The translations under genes and the position numbers were made by a program. From Candidatus Cloacimonadota bacterium (GTDB taxonomy: Bacteria; Cloacimonadota; Cloacimonadia; G963667145), in the NCBI GenBank assembly GCA_963667255.1, contig OY762940.1, forward strand, positions 608,001-672,000: 64,000 nucleotides of DNA, read 5' to 3'. Shown here piece after piece: positions 1 through 8,910 of the stretch (positions are counted from its first letter, which is position 1; each line of letters opens with the position of its first letter). The notes under the pieces are model-generated. The model was not told the DNA's origin and ran no database searches. It was given only the letters and a program-made list of their open reading frames with translations.

Positions 1-162
1 GCGAAAACTGTTTTCTTTGGCGATTTTTATGGCATTGTTCGGAGGAAAAAATGGAGTGGAAAAGCAGACAGGAATTACTTCAAATCCCAAATCTTGCATA
101 AGATAAACGATGAGAATGCTGTCCAATCCTCCGGAAAATAGGGAAATAACTTTTGGTTTCAT
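1..162 (-). CDS. PP-loop ATPase, ThiI/MnmA-like tRNA sulfurtransferase family; N-terminal part, runs off the window
   Basis: Hand translation from ATG 162 gives MKPKVISLFSGGLDSILIVYLMQDLGFEVIPVCFSTPFF, with the SGGLDS PP-loop; GAGG RBS upstream; not in the ORF track. Confidence 0.7.
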   Translation of the reverse strand, partial: MKPKVISLFSGGLDSILIVYLMQDLGFEVIPVCFSTPFFPPNNAIKIAKENSFR

Positions 163-256
163 TAATTTTGACCTCGACTAACCTCAACAAGAGTCTTGTG
201 CAAAAGAAAGATGTCAAATATTTTGTTAGCTATGCAGTAATATTTGCGGGGTATTT

Positions 257-2206
257 CTATTTTCTATCACTATTCTGCTCATAATCTTCCATTCTATTGA
301 ATGAATACTCATATTCGTAGCTCATGGGGACGATTTCGTTGTAATCGGCGATGGTTGCGTTGGACAAGCAAGCCTCAATAATCCGCTTGCCCGTCAGCAA
401 TAAATCGTCTTTAAGATATTTTTGCAATTCTGTTTTGAAAAACTCTTGGAGTATTTCTGCTCCAGCATCGTAGCCTTCGTATCCGACCTCCGATTGCGTG
501 TAAACTTTGAAGAATCTTGAAGGTATTTTTGAGCCTTCAAGTGTGAGATAATTTAATTCATAACCCAAGAGAGGACAACGGGCAGCTTGGTATTGGTCAG
601 GCTTTAGGCGTGCAACACCTCTTCTGGTTAGGTATTCTCGCATCAAGAGTTGTGGTTTAAATCCAACATTCCAAACACCAATATTTTGGTTAGGAACTAA
701 GGTGAAAGTGGTGCGGGGAGTTTCGATGATTTGCTTCAACAGCATATTTGCGTGTGGCACTCGTTTCCCGGTAGCAAATGGCCAGTATGAACCAACGCCC
801 TCGCTTTCCATTTTCCCCGAACTCACAATGCTCGGGTTGTCATGCCCACGAGGTGCAACAAGTCTCCAAAGCCAAGCCAAAGCCGGAGGCAAGATGTGAA
901 ACATTCCGATAATTCCATACGACGGATTTTCCTTTGAACAAACAGGCGTGCGTATACCAAAGCTCCTAATATCGACAGAAACAGGCTTGTTTACTATATT
1001 CGGGACTATCTCACGCGGGATGACCACTCTTGGGTTGGGACACGACTTCCCAGGCTCATCTTGTATGTGTTCCCAAATCAAAGCCGTGGAACTCGGTGTG
1101 GTTTCAATATTTAAAAACAATAGCGGGGAAGATGGACTGAGTGTTGTTTTTTCCAAAGTAGGGTCATCGCCATATTGCTTAACACTGTCAACTCGCACAA
1201 ACCAAGCGTTTTCGGCATCAATTATGCTAAGCTTCCCGTCTTTCCCTTGAAGCGAAGGATGGCAAAAAGCCATATCGTCCGCAACTGCGTTGAATGAGCA
1301 AAAGCGAGGTATGGAGATAAATCTTTCTTCAGAGGTTACAAGATTTTTGCCCAACGACACGCTGCCATCATATTCTCGCAGAATATGCTGATGCATTTCG
1401 CTTTTTCCTCCGCCACTGGCACCTTCGTGCATAAATGTGGTTAAGTTGTCGTAAGGGCTTATCGATTGCACAGCCGAACAGTGAGCGATTACCCACTCCT
1501 CTTTTTCGGCATGGTTGAGCATTACGCCGTAAAGCCCTTTCTTGGCACTTGGTCCAGGATATAGATTATAAGAGTAAAGTTCGTGAACTGTTTCGGTGCG
1601 GTTGTGGACAACGACCTGTTTCCCGTCAAAATGAGTATGCCTAAATATAGGTGCAACGAAGATTACCGATTTCAATTCATCTTTGCCCTCCAACTTATCT
1701 ACGGGGACTATTTTTTGGAGCATCGACAAGCCAAGAGCAAAAAATGCCGCATTTGCCGGAGTGATAGCTATTCCTATCGAGCCGATATTTTCTCTGCCTG
1801 CAAAATAGAAGAAAACAGCCAAATCTTGTTTTTTCAACCAATCAAAAGTCTCTGTTTGCAAGCCGGAAAATTCGTAGCCATATTTATCGACAAATCGCTT
1901 TTTATCTGTAGGACTATTATCAGCGATAGCCATTGTGTTAGGGTCTCTGCGACGCATATACGCTTCGGTATAGTTAGCCGAAATACCGTTTTTCACTCGC
2001 TGGACAACAGCCTCCGTAAAAAGACCTTTCCCTGGAACATCGTATTGAACTTCATACTGCATATTCTCTTTGCCGTTAGTGGATGCAACGGCCAACTCTT
2101 CGCAGGTATTGAATACGGTATAGCTTTTGCACTCACTCAATAATTTTGAGATATTGTCCGGCACAATAATATTTTTATCTTTTAAGATAGTTAATAAATT
2201 GTTCAT
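257..2206 (-). CDS. DUF4914 family protein (P-loop, PEP carboxykinase-like features)
   Basis: Motifs NYTEAYMRRRDP, HEGASGGGKSE, CPNPRVV, SEGVGSYWPFATG; start moved to ATG 2206 (MNNLL), which has an AGAGG RBS. Confidence 0.8.
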   Translation of the reverse strand: MNNLLTILKDKNIIVPDNISKLLSECKSYTVFNTCEELAVASTNGKENMQYEVQYDVPGKGLFTEAVVQRVKNGISANYTEAYMRRRDPNTMAIADNSPTDKKRFVDKYGYEFSGLQTETFDWLKKQDLAVFFYFAGRENIGSIGIAITPANAAFFALGLSMLQKIVPVDKLEGKDELKSVIFVAPIFRHTHFDGKQVVVHNRTETVHELYSYNLYPGPSAKKGLYGVMLNHAEKEEWVIAHCSAVQSISPYDNLTTFMHEGASGGGKSEMHQHILREYDGSVSLGKNLVTSEERFISIPRFCSFNAVADDMAFCHPSLQGKDGKLSIIDAENAWFVRVDSVKQYGDDPTLEKTTLSPSSPLLFLNIETTPSSTALIWEHIQDEPGKSCPNPRVVIPREIVPNIVNKPVSVDIRSFGIRTPVCSKENPSYGIIGMFHILPPALAWLWRLVAPRGHDNPSIVSSGKMESEGVGSYWPFATGKRVPHANMLLKQIIETPRTTFTLVPNQNIGVWNVGFKPQLLMREYLTRRGVARLKPDQYQAARCPLLGYELNYLTLEGSKIPSRFFKVYTQSEVGYEGYDAGAEILQEFFKTELQKYLKDDLLLTGKRIIEACLSNATIADYNEIVPMSYEYEYSFNRMEDYEQNSDRK

Positions 2207-2368
2207 TTTAAACCTCTTACAAATGCTTTGAAAAAATTTTGTTTTGTTAATGCTCACAGTCAGTGGCGTTCAAATTTTTGAACTCCTAAACGAAATCAAC
2301 CTAAAAATAGGTCAATGATTTTTTGTGAAAGTATGTTAGAAATGAGTCAATTCCGTGTGTTGATTGAG

Positions 2369-3418
2369 TTAAAACAGTCTCAACATCTCCAAATCCGCAC
2401 AAATTTTGAGCGAATAGGAATAGTTCAACTCTTTGTTTTTCAGATTGTAAACATTATCCAAGCAGAATTGAAAATCTATTTTGTCGCTGATGGCAAGGTT
2501 GTAATTGTAGAACAAGGAGATATTTTGCAAATATTCGTTTTTGTTGTCGGCTTCGGTGGTCGTCCAAAAAAGCCGGCTTCCTTGGGAGCAGTAAAAATTG
2601 TCGGCATAAAAATAGGACAAAACGATTTTGGTATTTTGGTAATGAAAATTGCCGAGAAGATAAACTCCGTTGCCCTCACTGGCTTTCAATCTTTTCACAC
2701 TGGTGGCTTCGCTGAAACGGAGGTAGTAGCCTTCCAAGTCAAAATAGTCGCCGAATGAATAGCCAAGCCCTTGTGCCAGAGAGAAAATCGATTGAATGGG
2801 AGCATCTTGCAGGGAGTCGTTTATCACGATTTTCGCACTGTCGATTTCTCCGCCTTGATGAGTGATAACTCCTTGAAAGGGAAAGTATAAGTTGCCGATG
2901 AGCTTGCTTTTGCCACTATAGCCAACCGCAAATTTTTCTTGTTTGGCGGAAGCGGGAAAGATGAACTCTTGCCAATCGAGCCAAAGTTCAATTTTGCCGA
3001 TAGAGTTATCAAATTTGAATTTCACTCCGCTTTTGCTGAAATCTTCAAAATCTTTTTCTTTTTCGGAGAGGGGAGCAATTTGCTTTCCGTCGGGGGAAAA
3101 ATTCCCCAATGAGGCAGAAAAGTTGTCGCCGAGTTTGACTTCCATTCCCAAAAATGGAGAAGTTTTGGCAAATTTGTCGCTTCCGCTGTAGCTCAATAAG
3201 AAAGTGCCCAAAGTGATTTTGGCTCTGTTTTTATACTTGTATTCTATCGACGGAAACAAATTGTAGCCGGTAAGAGTGTAGCCCTCGGTGGTCGCATATT
3301 CGTTGTTTTTGAAGTAAGTTTCCGCTTTGAAATTCAAAGCAAGCGAATCTGTATTTTTATCAAAAGCGAACAATAAGCCAAACAGAAGAAACAGGAAAAT
3401 TAGATAGTTACGGAGCAT
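2369..3418 (-). CDS. Hypothetical outer-membrane beta-barrel protein
   Basis: Signal-peptide-like N-terminus, alternating aromatic/Gly strands, C-terminal Phe; motifs NNEY..GYTL.G and HQGGEID. Confidence 0.55.
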   Translation of the reverse strand: MLRNYLIFLFLLFGLLFAFDKNTDSLALNFKAETYFKNNEYATTEGYTLTGYNLFPSIEYKYKNRAKITLGTFLLSYSGSDKFAKTSPFLGMEVKLGDNFSASLGNFSPDGKQIAPLSEKEKDFEDFSKSGVKFKFDNSIGKIELWLDWQEFIFPASAKQEKFAVGYSGKSKLIGNLYFPFQGVITHQGGEIDSAKIVINDSLQDAPIQSIFSLAQGLGYSFGDYFDLEGYYLRFSEATSVKRLKASEGNGVYLLGNFHYQNTKIVLSYFYADNFYCSQGSRLFWTTTEADNKNEYLQNISLFYNYNLAISDKIDFQFCLDNVYNLKNKELNYSYSLKICADLEMLRLF

Positions 3419-4208
3419 AAACGATTTTCAAACCCGTTTTTTCTTGATACTCTTTGTAATCTCTTCCGGAGCTTTTTTGCTTGGAATAAAAAATACCGAG
3501 CCTGGCATTGCCAATTTTGTAGGTTAATGATGTGCTTCCATTGATAGAATTTTCGTAATCTTCGTCTATGTAAGCCAATTCTCCGGAAAAGCAAAATTTC
3601 TGGAAAAAATTGTAATCGGTGGCGGTGCGAAGAAAGAATTTGAGGTCTCTGCCAGTAGCGTGATAATAGTAGCCTCCGCCGAAATAGCAAGTGATTTTTT
3701 CTGTTGGTTTGTAGCCGAAATTAAGAATAACACACTCATGGCTTATTCCTTCCAACTCTTCGTCCGTGAATTTATTTTTTAAGCTGTCTGCCCTTGATGG
3801 TGATTTTAGTAGTCCGTCCAAGTAATGGCAAGATTCGTGATACAAGGGCAAGAAATTTACTTGCCATTTTTCACTAATTGCATAAGTAAAATTTATTCCA
3901 ATAATTCCATACAAATCGTTTAAAGCATAATGTCCTCGGAGGTCGCTTGGGGCTTGGATAAACAAGTTCAGTCCGTAAAAAACATTATAAAGGCATTTAT
4001 CTTTTTTCACTGTAAAGAGATTGTTGATAACTTTGGGATTGACTTCAATTACATCGTAATAAGCGTTATAAGAGATATTTAAGTCATTGTAAGTGGATTT
4101 AGGATTTTCGAGACATTGGTAGGCAAAAATATTTGCACTTCCTACTAACAACACAAAAAACAACAGATGCTTTTTGTAAGCAAACTTTGGGAAATTCATT
4201 GAATTCAC
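3408..4208 (-). CDS. Hypothetical exported protein, DUF1207-like
   Basis: Signal peptide; YHESCHYLDG resembles the HESxHLGD motif of DUF1207; beta-strand-rich. Confidence 0.45.
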   Translation of the reverse strand: MNSMNFPKFAYKKHLLFFVLLVGSANIFAYQCLENPKSTYNDLNISYNAYYDVIEVNPKVINNLFTVKKDKCLYNVFYGLNLFIQAPSDLRGHYALNDLYGIIGINFTYAISEKWQVNFLPLYHESCHYLDGLLKSPSRADSLKNKFTDEELEGISHECVILNFGYKPTEKITCYFGGGYYYHATGRDLKFFLRTATDYNFFQKFCFSGELAYIDEDYENSINGSTSLTYKIGNARLGIFYSKQKSSGRDYKEYQEKTGLKIVYAP

Positions 4209-4296
4209 TCCTTCTTTATAGGAGCGACACTTTTTATTTTTTGTGGATAGTCAAGACATCTTTTGGAGATTTGTGGAACTCGTCATCTCTCAAAAC

Positions 4297-4371
<75 letters not shown>

Positions 4372-4383
4372 TCTATAAGAAAT

Positions 4384-4887
4384 TTAAAAATCAACGGAAA
4401 GGCTTACCTTTTGTTCTTCCGGTTGGAACTCCAAGCGAATTTCCTTTTTCATTATGTAATAGTTGTATAGTCGTGCATCTACAAAGGCGTCCAGCATAGA
4501 ATAAAGTGTAATCCCTATAACCCAACCGATGTAACTCTGTCTTTTGTCGTAAAAGTGTTCGTAGAGAGCTTCATGTTCACTTTTCTTTATTTTTTGTAGC
4601 TCTTTGTTGTTCTCGTAGGCTTTGCCCAGATGGTGCACGAAAAGTCCTGCAACCACGAACCCTTTCAAATAACTCTTGCAATAAAACTGCCCGCCTCCGG
4701 GTATGACAGCAGAGAGGAGCAACGCTTTATACGAATTTTTTGTGTCAAAAAGATATTTCCCTTCCACCTTATTGGGACTAACGGATTTCCCGTCATCGAT
4801 TTTTTCAATTTCGTCTTTGGTGCTTTCTTGCAAACCCGACAAGATACCGAAGATTAACAAAAAAATCAGAAGTAAACTCTTTTTCAT
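4384..4887 (-). CDS. DUF5683-like membrane protein
   Basis: ALLLSAVIPGGGQFY motif and YSMLDAFVDARL. Confidence 0.65.
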   Translation of the reverse strand: MKKSLLLIFLLIFGILSGLQESTKDEIEKIDDGKSVSPNKVEGKYLFDTKNSYKALLLSAVIPGGGQFYCKSYLKGFVVAGLFVHHLGKAYENNKELQKIKKSEHEALYEHFYDKRQSYIGWVIGITLYSMLDAFVDARLYNYYIMKKEIRLEFQPEEQKVSLSVDF

Positions 4888-5411
4888 CCCAAGTAGCGTT
4901 CCTGTTCGCTATAGATGCACCCGCAATATTGCTGACGATACATTTCTTCCTGCTTGGACATTTCTATGCCTTCTTTCCAATAAACTCTCAAATCAGTGTC
5001 CAAAAATTCGACACCATATTTTTTGGCAAGATTTTTGCCAATTTCCACGATTTTATCGTGATTTTGGAACTTGCTATACAAAAGAGTCGTGGAGAAGTAG
5101 TCGAAGTTTCCGTTTTTGGCAACAATTGCAGTGTATCTCAGCCTTTCGTAATAACAAATTACACAGCGACTATTTTCTCGGAAACACATTTTTTGCAAGA
5201 AATTGTTCACTTCATATTCGTCCTTGATAATCGATTTTATCCTGTTTTCCCCAACAAAATTCTTGAGACAGTTCAACCGTTTTTCGTATTCCGTGTAGGG
5301 ATGAATATTGAAATTCGACCAAAAAGCGGTGATGTCAAACTCCTCTCGCAGATGATGATAGGGAGCAATAAAGCACGGAGCACAGCAGACATGCATCAAA
5401 AGCGATTTCAT
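4884..5411 (-). CDS. queH: Epoxyqueuosine reductase QueH (DUF208)
   Basis: LLMHVCCAPC, NIHPYTEY, RCVICY..RL, FSTTLLYS, YRQQYCGCIYS. Confidence 0.92.
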   Translation of the reverse strand: MKSLLMHVCCAPCFIAPYHHLREEFDITAFWSNFNIHPYTEYEKRLNCLKNFVGENRIKSIIKDEYEVNNFLQKMCFRENSRCVICYYERLRYTAIVAKNGNFDYFSTTLLYSKFQNHDKIVEIGKNLAKKYGVEFLDTDLRVYWKEGIEMSKQEEMYRQQYCGCIYSEQERYLG

Positions 5412-5530
5412 TTTTTGTCTATCAAAATTAGCGGTTTCGCCCCGAATCTATTCAGCAGGCGATTCCCGATGATGATGTCCGCACAGGCTATTAGCAATAG
5501 AATATACAGTTTTTTTCGATTAATTTTCAT
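5408..5530 (-). CDS. Possible 40-aa small ORF bridging yqeG and queH
   Basis: MKINRKKLYILLLIACADIIIGNRLLNRFGAKPLILIDKK*; ATG overlaps the yqeG end; TGA overlaps the queH ATG (ATGA). Confidence 0.3.
   Translation of the reverse strand: MKINRKKLYILLLIACADIIIGNRLLNRFGAKPLILIDKK
5428..5492 (-). ncRNA. Candidate structured cis-regulatory RNA in the queH leader
   Basis: GC-rich stretch in AT-rich context; GCGG/CCGC closing helix around ACAUCAUCAUCGGGAA, plus hairpin UCGCCU-GC-UGAA(UAGA)UUCG-GGGCGA. Confidence 0.4.
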
Positions 5531-6017
5531 CTTTCTTCAATTTCAAAAATGGCTTGATTGCCTTTTCGCAAATTCTCCAAAATTTTGTAAGAAAAAACTC
5601 TTTTTTCCGTAGAGGGTCCAAAAGAATTGTGGTCAAGTTTAGATTGTTGGCAAAGTAAATATCCGTAATGAGATTGTCGCCGATGAACAGAGTTTTTTCG
5701 GGATTTATTTTCTCGCTGATGATTGTTTGGACTGCACTCTTTGTGCAGGGTTTGTGACAATTTCCATAAGCCTTGACGGGAAGATTGGCACAACTCTTTT
5801 CTATTCTTTTTTGCTTGCCGTTGGAGAAAACGAAGAGGCGAAATTTTTTGCTCAAGGTGTTCAGTTTCTGGGCAATTTTATAAGGAATTTCTCCGCTCCA
5901 AGCCGTCAGCGTGTTGTCGTAGTCGAAGATAATGGTCTCGTAGTGGACGAAGTTGCTAAAGTCGATTTTGTCCAAAGAAGAGTAGTAATGGTCTGGGCGG
6001 AATTTGTCGAGTATCAT
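5520..6017 (-). CDS. yqeG: YqeG-like HAD IIIA phosphatase
   Basis: IFDYDNTL (motif I), SN, KP, IGDNLITDI. Confidence 0.85.
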   Translation of the reverse strand: MILDKFRPDHYYSSLDKIDFSNFVHYETIIFDYDNTLTAWSGEIPYKIAQKLNTLSKKFRLFVFSNGKQKRIEKSCANLPVKAYGNCHKPCTKSAVQTIISEKINPEKTLFIGDNLITDIYFANNLNLTTILLDPLRKKEFFLTKFWRICEKAIKPFLKLKKDEN

Positions 6018-6697
6018 TAATACAGATGTTCCAAAAGGTCGTTGAATAGGCTGTTTATACCGAGGCTGATGCTGTAAGTTTGGTAGGTTGTTTTGAGATT
6101 ATAATAGTCAGCATTTCCGGTTTCTTTGCCTTTGGAATCCAAAATGTTATGAGCGAAACCGGAGTTGTCGGCAGAGAAGTTCTTGAACATAAATTCTATG
6201 GAAATATCGGAAAAAACAAGAGCCCCGATGCCGAGTCCGAAATATGAACCGTCTTCTAAGTTGCCACTATTGTAAGGGCTACTGCCTTTTTGGAAGGTCA
6301 TCCCTTGATGATAAATGGCGTAACAGTCTATTTTCCCTTTGTAGTTGTAAAAATGGATATTGCTCATAAAATACACGGGAATAAAGTAAAAATCCCCGAA
6401 ACTGCCACTGGAAGTGGGGACTTGGAAATTGACACCTGCTCCCAAATCCAAAATCCAAACTCTGGAGAACAACTCTATGCCACAGGAAAAAGTGTTGTAA
6501 TCTTTGGTCTTAGGGTTAAAAGTGGAGTCAATCACAGTGGATACAGGTGTATAGTCGATGTTTAATTTTCCCGATTCCAAACTGCTCTTTGCTCGGAAAG
6601 TCAAAGGGAAACTGTCCTTGAAAATGGTTTTCAAACGACTTTCGGAATGCAACAGGCAAGCGAATGTGAATAAAATAAAGAGGGCAGTTTTTTTCAT
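6017..6697 (-). CDS. Hypothetical exported protein, likely outer-membrane beta-barrel
   Basis: Signal peptide MKKTALFILFTFACLLHS; beta-strand pattern (FYFIPVYF, YFGLGIG). Confidence 0.5.
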   Translation of the reverse strand: MKKTALFILFTFACLLHSESRLKTIFKDSFPLTFRAKSSLESGKLNIDYTPVSTVIDSTFNPKTKDYNTFSCGIELFSRVWILDLGAGVNFQVPTSSGSFGDFYFIPVYFMSNIHFYNYKGKIDCYAIYHQGMTFQKGSSPYNSGNLEDGSYFGLGIGALVFSDISIEFMFKNFSADNSGFAHNILDSKGKETGNADYYNLKTTYQTYSISLGINSLFNDLLEHLY

Positions 6698-6714
6698 ATA
6701 AGTTTTCTAAAAAA

Positions 6715-6791
6715 TGGCGTCCCCGGACCGATTCGAACGGTCGACCTTTTCCTTAGGAGGGAACTGCTCTATCCTACTGAGCTACGGGGAC
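6715..6791 (-). tRNA. tRNA-Arg(CCT)
   Basis: Reverse complement GTCCCCGTAGCTCAGTAGGATAGAGCAGTTCCCTCCTAAGGAAAAGGTCGACCGTTCGAATCGGTCCGGGGACGCCA; anticodon CCT. Confidence 0.95.
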
Positions 6792-7027
6792 ATAAATTGG
6801 TTCATTATTCTTTGTAGTTTGAACCAACTTCAACTCATTTTATTTTGCTTATATCAGGCAAGGAAATTTTGTTTTTTTTAGTTAAGAAATTTTTTATTGT
6901 CCATTTTTGCGAGATAGAAGAATTGTTATTTAGCTTCTCTGAAAAATGGGGGAAAAGAGTCAGCTCAAAAAACGCTTGACAGTTTACTGAAATAATCGGA
7001 CTTACTTGGCAAAAAAGTAGGGGGTGA

Positions 7028-8236
7028 GTGATGAACAATTTGACTGAAAAGTTGTCTGCCTTGGCAAGTAAAGGCGAACGCTCTCTCATTAGAGAAATTT
7101 TGAAATTGCTGGATAAAGGCGATGTTATTTCGTTTGCTGGAGGTCTCCCGTCGCCAGAGTCTTTTCCGACTGGGGACATCAGCAAGGTTACAGCCAAGAT
7201 TTTGGCAGAAGAGGGTGAAATCGCTTTGCAATACGGAGCTACCGAGGGCGACAAGATTTTGTGTGAGCAATTGGCTCTTTACAATAACCGCAAGGGATTT
7301 GGCATTAAACCCGAAAATGTTTTGCCGACAGCTTCGTCTCAACAGGCGTTGGATATTATCGGGAAGATGTTTTTGGATGCGGGCGACAACATCGTCATGG
7401 GGCTTCCGTCATATCTCGGAGCGATTAACGCTTTCAAGGCTTACAATCCGAACATTATCGGAGTCAAGCATGACGAAAAAGGTTTGTCGGCTGATGGGTT
7501 GCGAAATGTTTTGAAGGGGTTGCAAGCGAAAGGGGAAAGAGCTAAATTTGTATATCTTGTTCCCGATTTCCAAAATCCAGCCGGAATCACTATGCCATTG
7601 GACAGAAGAGTGGAGATTTTGGCAATCGCCAAGGAGTTCGACTTGCTTATCATCGAGGACTCTCCTTATTGCGAGATTCGTTTTTCCGGCGAACATCAAC
7701 CGACCTTTTATAGTTTGGACGACATGGGACGAGTTTTGAATTTGGGCACTTTTTCCAAAGTGTTGGCTCCGGGATTTCGTTTAGGTTGGATAATCGCTTC
7801 TACAGAAATTTTGGATTCCGCCATCGTGGTAAAGCAGACGATGGATTTGTGCACCAGTCCGTTCATTCAGAGGATTGCCGGACGATATATGGAAGCCGGA
7901 TATCTTGAGGCGAATTTGGGAGGTATCATCGATTCCTACGGGAAAAAAGCTCAAACAATGTTGAAAGCGTTTGAGGAGTTTATGCCAAAAGGCGTTACTT
8001 GGACGACTCCCGAGGGCGGATTGTTTCTATTCCTAAGATTGCCCGAAAATATTGATACCGAAAAGCTTTTGGAAGTGGCGATTAGAGATTACAAAGTCGC
8101 TTTTGTTCCGGGAGTTGTTTTTCATTGCGATGGCTCCGGCAGAAATACCATGCGAATGAATTTTTCTTACGAATCGGAAGAGACGATACGCGAAGGTGTG
8201 AAGCGACTGGCTGAGGCTATCAAGGCGAATATGTGA
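7028..8236 (+). CDS. PLP-dependent aminotransferase class I/II (LysN/Aro8-like)
   Basis: ISFAGGLP, LQYG.TEG, PDFQNPAG, IIEDSPY, GTFSKVLAPGFRLGW (PLP lysine). Confidence 0.92.
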   Translation: MMNNLTEKLSALASKGERSLIREILKLLDKGDVISFAGGLPSPESFPTGDISKVTAKILAEEGEIALQYGATEGDKILCEQLALYNNRKGFGIKPENVLPTASSQQALDIIGKMFLDAGDNIVMGLPSYLGAINAFKAYNPNIIGVKHDEKGLSADGLRNVLKGLQAKGERAKFVYLVPDFQNPAGITMPLDRRVEILAIAKEFDLLIIEDSPYCEIRFSGEHQPTFYSLDDMGRVLNLGTFSKVLAPGFRLGWIIASTEILDSAIVVKQTMDLCTSPFIQRIAGRYMEAGYLEANLGGIIDSYGKKAQTMLKAFEEFMPKGVTWTTPEGGLFLFLRLPENIDTEKLLEVAIRDYKVAFVPGVVFHCDGSGRNTMRMNFSYESEETIREGVKRLAEAIKANM

Positions 8237-8901
8237 TGATGAAGTGTAAATTTTGCGGACTAACGATAATTGGCGACCCAACTTTTTGCAAGGGTTGTCG
8301 CAAGTCAACGGGACTTTTGAGGAACGAACTCAGTGCCATCAAGTCGTTGCGATTTTCTTTTGGAAATGTGAAGTGGAAAGAGCATCGTTTGCTTAGTGCC
8401 TTGCTCCTTTTGCCTTTTCTTGCTTTTGTGTTTTCGTTGTTCTTTTTCGACTACTTGCCATACTATTGCGGGTTAGTAGTTTTTCTACTGCTGTTTTTGT
8501 CGCCATTGGCACAGGACAAAGTTTGGCTCAAGAAGATTTATAGATTTGTGCCGTTTTCTTTGACTTTTGTCGCTTACATTTTTCTTCTTCGTCTCATTTG
8601 TCAGGGCGACCCGATATTGAATTTGGTTTACTTCATTATGTGCAATTACGGGCTAAGCCTTTCTCTACCCATTGTTTATAAGCTTGGCAAAGGCTGTTCT
8701 CTTCGCCAATCTTTTTCTTGGAGTTTTAAGACGATAAAAGAGAGCAGATGGCAACAGATGTTTTTGCTTTGGGCTTTGTTTGCCCTCAATCTGTTGGCGA
8801 TTTTGCCTGTTGGTTTGGGACTATTTTTTACCCTGCCTCTTTCTTATCACGCTATCTCTCACTATGGCGAGCAGTTGGAAGAGCATTACAAATCCTTATA
8901 G
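8233..8901 (+). CDS. Hypothetical membrane protein with N-terminal zinc ribbon
   Basis: CKFC..CKGC followed by several hydrophobic helices; overlaps the upstream stop. Confidence 0.6.
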   Translation: MMMKCKFCGLTIIGDPTFCKGCRKSTGLLRNELSAIKSLRFSFGNVKWKEHRLLSALLLLPFLAFVFSLFFFDYLPYYCGLVVFLLLFLSPLAQDKVWLKKIYRFVPFSLTFVAYIFLLRLICQGDPILNLVYFIMCNYGLSLSLPIVYKLGKGCSLRQSFSWSFKTIKESRWQQMFLLWALFALNLLAILPVGLGLFFTLPLSYHAISHYGEQLEEHYKSL

Positions 8902-8910
8902 ATAGACAAT

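Noticed and set aside
2320..2345. Rex-like TTGTGAA half-site upstream of the DUF4914 gene
   Set aside because: The second half (TTCACAA) does not match adequately
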